Source: Eledone cirrhosa
Lineage: Eukaryota
DNA: 64,000 bases
Assembly (NCBI GenBank): GCA_964016885.1
Contig: OZ024742.1
Location: forward strand, 163,122,001 to 163,186,000
Direction: 5' to 3'
Both the position numbers and the translations under genes were made by a program. Of this stretch, positions 1-10,560 are shown in pieces. Numbering within the stretch: the first letter of the stretch is position 1; every line of letters begins with the position of its first letter. The notes under the pieces were generated by a model. The model ran no database searches. It saw nothing but the letters and a program-made list of their open reading frames with translations, and had not been told where the DNA came from.

Positions 1-578
1 GCTGGAAATTATCTCCCCTTGCAGGCTGGAATTTATCTCCCCTTGGACGGCTAGAAATTACCTCTCCTTGGACGGCTGGAAAATATTTCTCCTTGGACGG
101 CTGGATATTATCTACCCTTGGACGGGTGGAAATTATCTCCCCTTGGACGGCTGGAAATTATCTCCCCTTGGACGGCTAGATATTACCTCCCCTTGGACGG
201 CTGGAAATTATCTCCCCTTGATTTTTTTTACAAATTATCTCCCCCTGATTTTTTTTTTACAAATTATCTCCCCCTGATTTTTTTACAAATTATCTCCCCC
301 TGATTTTTTTTACAAATTATCTCCGCCTGATTTTTTTAAATATTATCTTCTCTTGGCTGGCGGGAAATCATCTCCCCTTGGACGGCTGAAAATTATCTCC
401 CCTTGGACGGCTGGAAATTATCTCCCCTTGATTTTTTTTACAAATTATCTCCCCCTGATTTTTTTTTACAAATTATCTCCCCCTGATTTTTTTTTACAAA
501 TTATCTCCCCCTGATTTTTTTTTACAAATTATCTCCCCCTGATTTTTTTTACAAATTATCTCCCCCTGATTTTTTTAC

Positions 579-800
579 AAATTATCTCCCCTTGGCTGGC
601 TGGAAATTATCTCCCCTTGGAGGCTGGAATTTATCTCCCCTTGGACGGCTAGAAATTACCTCTCCTTGGACGGCTGGAAAATATGTCCTTGGACGGCTGG
701 ATATTATCTACCCTTGGACGGCTGGAAATTATCTCCCCTTGGACGGCTGGAAATTATCTCCCCTTGGACGGCTAGATATTACCTCCCCTTGGACGGCTGG
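579..800 (+). repeat. Representative type-A 'cassette I' (9 units, 222 bp), the commonest higher-order module
   Basis: Fixed order of variant units: GGCTGGCTGG entry, 24-bp GGAGGCTGG unit, AATTTATC...GGCTAG, AAATTACCTCTCC, AAAATATGT(CT)CC, ATATTATCTACCC, two consensus-core units, ATATTACCTCCCC. Recurs dozens of times, visible in the ORF track as 'MAGWKLSPLGGWNLSPLGRLEITSPWTAGKY' starts (e.g. 592, 2272, 4204, 11028, 63250). Confidence 0.95.
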
Positions 801-1155
801 AAATTATCTCCCCTTGATTTTTTTTACAAATTATCTCCCCCTGATTTTTTTTTACAAATTATCTCCCCCTGATTTTTTTTTACAAATTATCTACCCCTGA
901 TTTTTTTTTACAAATTATCTCCCCCTGATTTTTTTTAGAAATTATCTCTCCCTGATTTTTTTTTACAAATTATCTCCCCCTGATTTTTTTTTACAAATTA
1001 TCTACCCCTGATTTTTTTTTTACAAATTATCTCCCCCTGATTTTTTTTACAAATTATCTCCCCCTGATTTTTTTTACAAATTATCTCCCCCTGATTTTTT
1101 TACAAATTATCTCCCCCCGATTTTTTTTACAAATTATCTCCGCCTAATTTTTTTA
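801..1155 (+). repeat. Representative long type-B run (about 13 units of AAATTATCTCCCCCTGA-Tn-AC)
   Basis: Consecutive 26-28 bp units with T7-T9 tracts and position-specific variants (TCTACCCC, TCTCTCCC, CCCCCCGA, TCCGCCTAA). The same order recurs at 2481-2835, 4926-5277, 11237-11590 and 63444-63813. Confidence 0.95.
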
Positions 1156-1343
1156 AATATTATCTTCCCTTGGCTGGCGGGAAATTATCTCCCCTTGGAC
1201 GGCTGGAAATTATCTCCCCTTGATTTTTTTTACAAATTATCTCCCCCTGATTTTTTTTTACAAATTACCTCCCCCTGATTTTTTTTTAAGAATTATCTCC
1301 CCCTGATTTTTTTTTACAAATTATCTCCGCCTGATTTTTTTTT

Positions 1344-1497
1344 AAAAATTATCTCCCCTTGAACGGCTGGAAATTATCTCCCCTTGGACGGCTGGAAATT
1401 ATCTCCCCTTGGACGGCTAGAAATTACCTCTCCTTGGACGGCTGAAAATTATCTCCCCTTGGACGGCTGCAAATTATCTCCCCTTGATTTTTTAACA
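1344..1497 (+). repeat. Representative type-A 'cassette IV' (GAACGGCTGG entry ... GGACGGCTGC exit, then TTTTTTAAC)
   Basis: Five A units starting CCCCTTGAACGGCTGG and ending GGACGGCTGC. Recurs near 3040, 7006, 15081, 17970, 19271, 27058, 28851, 33773, 35568, 38458, 39760, 40997, 42765, 45655, 46741, 52744 and 62991. Confidence 0.9.
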
Positions 1498-4400
1498 AAT
1501 TATCTCCCCCTGATTTTTTTTTACAAATTATCTCCCCCTGATTTTTTTTTACAAATTATCTACGCCTAAGTTTTTTTACAAATTATCTCCCCCTGATTTT
1601 TTTTTACAAATTATCTGCCCCTGATTTTTTTTACAAATTATCTCCCCCTGATTTTTTTACAAATTATCTCCCCTTGGCTGGCTGGAAATTATCTCCCCTT
1701 GCAGGCTGGAATTTATCTCCCCTTGGACGGCTAGAAATTACCTCTCCTTGGACGGCTGGAAAATATTTCTCCTTGGACGGCTGGATATTATCTACCCTTG
1801 GACGGGTGGAAATTATCTCCCCTTGGACGGCTGGAAATTATCTCCCCTTGGACGGCTAGATATTACCTCCCCTTGGACGGCTGGAAATTATCTCCCCTTG
1901 ATTTTTTTTACAAATTATCTCCCCCTGATTTTTTTTTTACAAATTATCTCCTCCTGATTTTTTTACAAATTATCTCCCCCTGATTTTTTTTACAAATTAT
2001 CTCCGCCTGATTTTTTTAAATATTATCTTCTCTTGGCTGGCGGGAAATCATCTCCCCTTGGACGGCTGAAAATTATCTCCCCTTGGACGGCTGGAAATTA
2101 TCTCCCCTTGATTTTTTTTACAAATTATCTCCCCCTGATTTTTTTTTACAAATTATCTCCCCCTGATTTTTTTTTACAAATTATCTCCCCCTGATTTTTT
2201 TTTACAAATTATCTCCCCCTGATTTTTTTTACAAATTATCTCCCCCTGATTTTTTTACAAATTATCTCCCCTTGGCTGGCTGGAAATTATCTCCCCTTGG
2301 AGGCTGGAATTTATCTCCCCTTGGACGGCTAGAAATTACCTCTCCTTGGACGGCTGGAAAATATGTCCTTGGACGGCTGGATATTATCTACCCTTGGACG
2401 GCTGGAAATTATCTCCCCTTGGACGGCTGGAAATTATCTCCCCTTGGACGGCTAGATATTACCTCCCCTTGGACGGCTGGAAATTATCTCCCCTTGATTT
2501 TTTTTACAAATTATCTCCCCCTGATTTTTTTTTACAAATTATCTCCCCCTGATTTTTTTTTACAAATTATCTACCCCTGATTTTTTTTTACAAATTATCT
2601 CCCCCTGATTTTTTTTACAAATTATCTCTCCCTGATTTTTTTTTACAAATTATCTCCCCCTGATTTTTTTTTACAAATTATCTACCCCTGATTTTTTTTT
2701 TACAAATTATCTCCCCCTGATTTTTTTTACAAATTATCTCCCCCTGATTTTTTTTACAAATTATCTCCCCCTGATTTTTTTACAAATTATCTCCCCCCGA
2801 TTTTTTTTACAAATTATCTCCGCCTAATTTTTTTAAATATTATCTTCCCTTGGCTGGCGGGAAATTATCTCCCCTTGGACGGCTGGAAATTATCTCCCCT
2901 TGATTTTTTTTACAAATTATCTCCCCCTGATTTTTTTTTACAAATTATCTCCCCCTGATTTTTTTTTAAGAATTATCTCCCCCTGATTTTTTTTTACAAA
3001 TTATCTCCGCCTGATTTTTTTTTAAAAATTATCTCCCCTTGAACGGCTGGAAATTATCTCCCCTTGGACGGCTGGAAATTATCTCCCCTTGGACGGCTAG
3101 AAATTACCTCTCCTTGGACGGCTGAAAATTATCTCCCCTTGGACGGCTGCAAATTATCTCCCCTTGATTTTTTAACAAATTATCTCCCCCTGATTTTTTT
3201 TTACAAATTATCTCCCCCTGATTTTTTTTTACAAATTATCTACGCCTAAGTTTTTTTACAAATTATCTCCCCCTGATTTTTTTTTACAAATTATCTCCCC
3301 CTGATTTTTTTTACAAATTATCTCCCCCTGATTTTTTTTTACAAATTATTTCCCCCTGATTTTTTTACAAATTATCTCCCCCCTGATTTTTTTTACAATC
3401 TCCGCCTGATTTTTTAAAAAATTATCTTCCCTTGGCTGGCGGGAAATTATCTCCCCTTGGACGGCTGGAAATTATATCCCCTTGGACGGCTGGAAATTAC
3501 CTCCCCTTGGACAGCTGGAAATTATCTGCCCTTGATTTTGTTTTTACAAATTATCTCCCCCTGATTTTTTTTACAAATTATCTCCACCTGATTTTTTAAA
3601 AAATTATCTCCCCTTGGACGGCTGGAAATTATCTCCCCTTGATTTTTTTACAAATTATCTCCCTCTGATTTTTTTTACAAATTATCTCCCCCTGATTTTT
3701 TTTTTACAAATTATCTCCCCCTGATTTTTTTACAAATTATCTCCCCCTGATTTTATTTTACAAATTATCTCCCCCTGATTTTTTTTTACAAATTATCTAC
3801 CCCTAATTTTTTTTTCAAATTATCTCCCCCTGATTTTTTTTACAAATTATCTCCCCCTGATTTTTTTTTTACAAATTATCTCCCCCTGATTTTTTTACAA
3901 ATTATCTCCCCCTGATTTTTTTTACAAATTATCTCCGCCTGATTTTTTTAAATATTATCTTCTCTTGGCTGGCGGGAAATTATCTCCCCTTGGACGGCTG
4001 AAAATTATCTCCCCTTGGACGGCTGGAAATTATCTCCCCTTGATTTTTTTTACAAATTATCTCCCCCTGATTTTTTTTTACAAATTATCTACCCCTGATT
4101 TTTTTTTACAAATTATCTCCCCCTGATTTTTTTTTACAAATTATCTCCCCCTGATTTTTTTTACAAATTATCTCCCCCTGATTTTTTTACAAATTATCTC
4201 CCCTTGGCTGGCTGGAAATTATCTCCCCTTGGAGGCTGGAATTTATCTCCCCTTGGACGGCTAGAAATTACCTCTCCTTGGACGGCTGGAAAATATGTCC
4301 TTGGACGGCTGGATATTATCTACCCTTGGACGGCTGGAAATTATCTCCCCTTGGACGGCTGGAAATTATCTCCCCTTGGACGGCTAGATATTACCTCCCC

Positions 4401-5277
4401 TTGGACGGCTGGAAAATATGTCTCCTTGGACGGCTGGAAATTATCTCCCCTTGGACGGCTGGAAATTATCTCCCCTTGGACGGCTGGAAATTATCTCTCC
4501 TCGGACGACTAGAAATTACCTCTCCTTGGACAGCTGAAAATTATCTCCCCTTGGACGGCTGGAAATTATCTCTCCTTGATTTTTTTTACAAATTATCTCC
4601 CCCTGATTTTTTTTTACAAATTATCTCCCCCTGATTTTTTTTTACAAATTATCTCCCCCTGATTTTTTTTACAAATTATCTCCCCCTGATATTTTTTACA
4701 AATTATCTCCCCCTGATTTTTTTACAAATTATCTCCCCTTGGCTGGCTGGAAATTATCTCCCCTTGGAGGCTGGAATTTATCTCCCCTTGGACGGCTAGA
4801 AATTACCTCGCCTTGGACGGCTGGAAAATATGTCTCCTTGGACGGCTGGAAATTATCTCCCCTTGGACGGCTGGAAATTATCTCCCCTTGGACGGCTAGA
4901 TATTACCTCCCCTTGGACGGCTGGAAATTATCTCCCCTTGATTTTTTTTACAAATTATATCCCCCTGATTTTTTTTTACAAATTATCTCCCCCTGATTTT
5001 TTTTTACAAATTATCTACCCCTGATTTTTTTTTACAAATTATCTCCCCCTGATTTGTTTTACAAATTATCTCTCCCTGATTTTTTTTTACAAATTATCTC
5101 CCCCTGATTTTTTTTTACAAATTATCTACCCCTGATTTTTTTTTACAAATTATCTCCCCCTGATTTTTTTTACAAATTATCTCCCCCTGATTTTTTTTAC
5201 AAATTATCTCCCCCTGATTTTTTTACAAATTATCTCCCCCCGATTTTTTTTACAAATTATCTCCGCCTAATTTTTTT

Positions 5278-5354
5278 AAATATTATCTTCCCTTGGCTGG
5301 CGGGAAATTATCTCCCCTTGGACGGCTGAAAATTATCTCCCCTTGGACGGCTGG
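5278..5354 (+). repeat. Representative type-A 'cassette II' (3 units: AAATATTATCTTCCCTTGGCTGGCGGG / GGACGGCTGA / GGACGGCTGG)
   Basis: Usually preceded by TCCGCCT(A/G)A-Tn-AAATATT. Recurs at e.g. 338, 3950, 7803, 8453, 9121, 13291, 14078 and 63813. Confidence 0.9.
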
Positions 5355-7362
5355 AAATTATCTCCCCTTGATTTTTTTACAAATTATCTCCCCCTGATTA
5401 TTTTTTACAAATTATCTCCCCCTGATTTTTTTTTACAAATTATCTCCCTCTGATTTTTTTTACAAATTATCTCCCCTTGGCTGGCTGGAAATTATCTCCC
5501 CTTGGAGGCTGGAATTTATCTCCCCTTGGACGGTTAGAAATTACCTCTCCTTGGACTGCTGGAAAATATGTCTCCTTGGACGGCTGGAAATTATCTCCCC
5601 TGGGACGGCTGGAAATTATCTCCCCTTGGACGGCTGGAAATTATCTCTCCTCGGACGACTAGAAATTACCTCTCCTTGGACAGCTGAAAATTATCTCCCC
5701 TTGGACGGCTGGAAATTATCTCCCCTTGATTTTTTTTACAAATTATCTCCCCCTGATTTTTTTTTACAAATTATCTCCCCCTGATTTTATTTTACAAATT
5801 ATCTCCCCCTGATTTTTTTTACAAATTATCTCCCCCTGATATTTTTTACAAATTATCTCCCCCTGATTTTTTTACAAATTATCTCCCCTTGGCTGGCTGG
5901 AAATTATCTCCCCTTGGAGGCTGGAATTTATCTCCCCTTGGACGGCTAGAAATTACCTCGCCTTGGACGGCTGGAAAATATGTCTCCTTGGACGGCTGGA
6001 AATTATCTCCCCTTGGACGGCTGGAAATTATCTCCCCTTGGACGGCTGAAAATTATCTCCCCTTGGACGGCTGCAAATTATCTCCCCTTGATTTTTTAAC
6101 AAATTATCTCCCCCTGATTTTTTTTTACAAATTATCTCCCCCTGATTTTTTTTTACAAATTATCTACGCCTAAGTTTTTTTACAAATTATCTCCCCCTGA
6201 TTTTCTTTTACAAATTATCTCCCCCTGATTTTTTTTACAAATTATCTCCCCCTGATTTTTTTTTACAAATTATTTCCCCCTGATTTTTTTACAAATTATC
6301 TCCCCCCTGATTTTTTTTACAATCACCGCCTGATTTTTTAAAAAATTATCTTCCCTTGGCTGGCGGGAAATTATCTCCCCTTGGACGGCTGGAAATTATA
6401 TCCCCTTGGACGGCTGGAAATTACCTCCCCTTGGACATCTGGAAATTATCTGCCCTTGATTTTGTTTTTACAAATTATCTCCCCCTGATTTTTTTTACAA
6501 ATTATCTCCACCTGATTTTTTAAAAAATTATCTCCCCTTGGACGGCTGGAAATTATCTCCCCTTGATTTTTTTTACAAATTATCTCCCCCTGATTTTTTT
6601 TTACAAATTATCTCCGCCTGATTTTTTTTTACAAATTATCTCCCCCTGATTTTTTTACAAATTTTCTCCCCTTGGCTGGCTGGAAATTATCTCCCCTTGG
6701 AGGCTGGAATTTATCTCCCCTTGGACGGCTAGAAATTACCTCTCCTTGGACGGCTGGAAAATATGTCTCCTTGGACGGCTGGATATTATCTACCCTTGGA
6801 CGGCTGGAAATTATCTCCCCTTGGACGGCTGGAAATTATCTCCCCTTGGGCGGCTAGATATTACCTCCCCTTGGACGGCTGGAAATTATCTCCCCTTGAT
6901 TTTTTTTACAAATTATCTCCCCCTGATTTTTTTTACGAATTATCTCCCCCTGATTTTTTTTTACAAATTATCTCCGCCTGATTTTTTTTTTTAAATTATC
7001 TCCCCTTGAACGGCTGGCAATTATCTCCCCTTGGACGGCTGGAAATTATCTCCCCTTGGACGGCTAGAAATTACCTCTCCTTGGACGGCTGAAAATTATC
7101 TCCCCTTGGACGGCTGCAAATTATCTCCCCTTGATTTTTTTAACAAATTATCTCCCCCTGATTTTTTTTTACAAATTATCTCCCCCTGATTTTTTTTTAC
7201 AAATTATCTACGCCTAATTTTTTTTACAAATTATCTCCCCCTGATTTTTTTTTACAAATTATCTCCCCCTGATTTTTTTTACAAATTATCTCCCCCTGAT
7301 TTTTTTTTACAAATTATCTCCCCCTGATTTTTTTACAAATTATCTCCCCCCTGATTTTTTTT

Positions 7363-7643
7363 ACAATCTCCGCCTGATTTTTTTAAAAATTATCTTCCCT
7401 TGGCTGGCGGGAAATTATCTCCCCTTGGACGGCTGGAAATTATATCCCCTTGGAAGGATGGAAATTATCTCCCCTTGGACGGCTGGAAATTATCTCCCCT
7501 TGGACGGCTGGAAATTACCTCCCCTTGGACAGCTGGAAATTATCTGCCCTTGATTTTGTTTTTACAAATTATCTCCCCCTGATTTTTTTTACAAATTATC
7601 TCCACCTGATTTTTTAAAAAATTATCTCCCCTTGGACGGCTGG
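7363..7643 (+). repeat. Representative type-A 'cassette III' (shortened ACAATCTCCGCC unit, GGCTGGCGGG, TATATCCCCTTGGAAGGATGG, GGACAGCTGG, CTGCCCTTGATTTTGTTTTTAC, TCCACC, lone A unit)
   Basis: Same ordered variants at ORF-track starts 7400, 12611, 15472, 18279, 19665, 21668, 23388, 24480, 29243, 31247, 35960, 38767, 40153, 43157, 45964, 47134, 55780 and 60465. A version lacking the GGAAGGATGG unit occurs at ~3430, ~6355 and ~53135. Confidence 0.9.
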
Positions 7644-8679
7644 AAATTATCTCCCCTTGATTTTTTTACAAATTATCTCCCCCTGATTTTTTTTTCAAAT
7701 TATCTCCCCCTGATTTTTTTTTTACAAATTATCTCCCCCTGATTTTTTTACAAATTATCTCCCCCTGATTTTTTTTACAAATTATCTCCGCCTGATTTTT
7801 TTAAATATTATCTTCCCTTGGCTGGCGGGAAATTATCTCCCCTTGGACGGCTGAAAATTATCTCCCCTTGGACGGCTGGAAATTATCTCCCCTTGATTTT
7901 TTTTACAAATTATCTCCCCCTGATTTTTTTTTACAAATTATCTCCCCCTGATTTTTTTTTACAAATTATCTGCCCCTGATTTTTTTTACAAATTATCTCC
8001 CTCTGATTTTTTTACAAATTATCTCCCCTTGGCTGGCTGGAAATTATCTCCCCTTGGAGGCTGGAATTTATCTCCCCTTGGACGGCTAGAAATTACCTCT
8101 CCTTGGACGGCTGGAAAATATTTCTCCTTGGACGGCTGGATATTATCTACCCTTGGACGGGTGGAAATTATCTCCCCTTGGACGGCTGGAAATTATCTCC
8201 CCTTGGACGGCTAGATATTACCTCCCCTTGGACGGCTGGAAATTATCTCCCCTTGATTTTTTTTACAAATTATCTCCCCCTGATTTTTTTTACAAATTAT
8301 CTCCACCTGATTTTTTTACAAATTATCTCCCCCTGATTTTTTTTACAAATTATCTCCCCCTGATTTTTTTTTTACAAATTATCTCCCCCTGATTTTTTTA
8401 CAAATTATTTCCCCCTGATTTTTTTTACAAATTATCTCCGCCTGATTTTTTTAAATATTATCTTCCCTTGGCTGGCGGGAAATTATCTCCCCTTGGACGG
8501 CTGAAAATTATCTCCCCTTGGACGGCTGGAAATTATCTCCCCTTGATTTTTTTTACAAATTATCTCCCCCTGATTATTTTTTACAAATTATCTTTCCCTG
8601 ATTATTTTTTACAAATTATCTCCCCCTGATTTTTTTTACAAATTATCTCCCCCTGATTTTTTTACAAATTATCTCCCCT

Positions 8680-10560
8680 TGGCTGGCTGGAAATTATCTC
8701 CCCTTGGTGGCTGGAATTTATCTCCCCTTGGACGGCTGGAAATTATCTCTCCTTGGACGGCTAGTAATTACCTCTCCTTGGACGGCTGGAAAATATGTCT
8801 CGTTGGAGGGCTGGAAATTATCTCCCCTTGGACGGCTGGAAATTATCTCCCCTTGGACGGCTGGAAATTATCTCTCCTTGGACGGCTAGAAATTACCTCT
8901 CCTTGGACGGCTGAAAATTATCTCTCCTTGGACGGCTGGAAATTATCTCCCCTTGGACGGCTAGATATTACCTCCCCTTGGACGGCTGGAAATTATCTCC
9001 CCTTGATTTTTTTTACAAATTATCTCCCCCTGATTTTTTTTACAAATTATCTACACCTGATTTTTTTACAAATTATCTCCCCCTGATTTTTTTTACAAAT
9101 TATCTCCGCCTAATTTTTTTAAATATTATCTTCCCTTGGCTGGCGGGAAATTATCTCCCCTTGGACGGCTGAAAATTATCTCCCCTTGGACGGCTGGAAA
9201 TTATCTCCCCTTGATTTTTTTTACAAATTATCTCCCCCTGATTTTTTTTTACAAATTATCTCCCCCTGCTTTTTTTTTACAAATTATCTCCCCCTGATTT
9301 TTTTTTACAAATTATCTCGCCCTGATTTTTTTACAAATTATCTCCCCTTGGCTGGCTGGAAATTATCTCCCCTTGGAGGCTGGAATTTATCTCCCCTTGG
9401 ACGGCTAGAAATTACCTCTCCTTGGACGGCTGGAAAATATGTCCTTGGACGGCTGGATATTATCTACCCTTGGACGGCTGGAAATTATCTCCCCTTGGAC
9501 GGCTGGAAATTATCTCCCCTTGGACGGCTAGATATTATCTCCCCTTGGACGGCTGGAAATTATCTCCCCTTGATTTTTTTTACAAATTATCTCCCCCTGA
9601 TTTTTTTTACAAATCTAATGATTTTTTAAAAAAAATTATCTCCCCTTCGCTGGCTGGAAATTATCTCCCCTTGGACGCTGGAAATTATAGCCCCTTGGAG
9701 GGCTGGAAATTATCTTCCCTTGGACGGCTGGAAATTATCTCCCCTTGGCTCGAAATTATCTCCCCTTGGACGGCTAGAAATTATCTCTCTTTGGACGGCT
9801 GGAAATTATCTCCCTTTGATTTTTTTTACAAATTATCTCCCCCTGATTTTTTTTACAAATCTCCCCCTGATTTTTAAAAAAAAATTATCTCCCCTTCGCT
9901 GGCTGGAAATTATCTCCCCTTGGACACTGGAAATTATAGCCCCTTGGAGGGCTGGAAATTATCTTCCCTTGGACGGCTGGAAATTATCTCTGCTTGATTT
10001 TTTTTACAAATTATCTCCCCCTGATTTTTTTTTACAAATTATCCCCCCCGATTTTTTTTACAAATTATCTCCCCCTGATTTTTTTTACAAATTATCTCCC
10101 CTTGGACGGCTGGAAATTATCTCCCCTTGGACGGCTGGAAATTATCTCCCCTTGGACGGCTAGAAATTACCTCTCCTTGGACGACTGAAAATTATCTCCC
10201 CTTGGACGGCTGCAAATTATCTCCCCTTGATTTTTTTTACAAATTATCTCCGCCTGATTTTTTTTTTAAAATTATCTCCCCTTGGACGGCTGGAAATTAC
10301 CTCCCCTTGGACGGCTGGAAATTATCTCCTCTTGGACGGCTAGAAATTACCTCTCATTGGACGGCTGAAAATTATCTCCCCTTGGACGGCTGGAAATTAT
10401 CTCCCCTTGATTTTTTTTACAAATTATCTCCCCCTGATTTTTTTTTACAAATTATCTCCCCCTGATTTTTTTTTTACAAATTATCTCCGCCTGATTTTTT
10501 TTTTAAATTATCTCTCCTTGGACGGCTGGATATTATCTCCCCTTTCATTTTTTTTACAAA
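8680..10560 (+). repeat. More degenerate island of the same satellite
   Basis: Concentration of variants I saw nowhere else: CTAGTAATT (8761), AAATCTAATG (9611), CCTTCGCTGG (9644, 9893), GGACGCTGG, ATTATAGCCCC, GGCTCGAAA (9747), CTCTGCTTGA, CTCTCATTGG (10351), CCTTTCATTT (10542). Confidence 0.85.

Larger units (their letters stand above)
1..3335 (+). repeat. Tandem duplication, period 1680 bp (1-~1655 vs 1681-~3335)
   Basis: Lines 1 and 1681 onward match, including private variants TTGCAGGCTGG (19/1699) and GGAAATCATC (363/2043). ORF offsets 68/1748, 592/2272 and 1384/3064 are all 1680. Only ~4 substitutions seen (near 272, 938, 1268, 1617). Confidence 0.95.

Noticed and set aside
355-364. 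GCTGGCGG resembling the E. coli Chi site GCTGGTGG
   Set aside because: It has one mismatch, it is simply an amplified tail variant, and nothing indicates a bacterial context.
801-1155. T-runs as intrinsic (rho-independent) or Pol III terminators
   Set aside because: There is no GC-rich hairpin before the T-runs and no transcription unit. They are integral to the B unit.
9640-9660. CENP-B box-like motif (TTCG)
   Set aside because: It lacks the TTCG-N4-A-N2-CGGG pattern. There is no direct sequence evidence that the array is centromeric.
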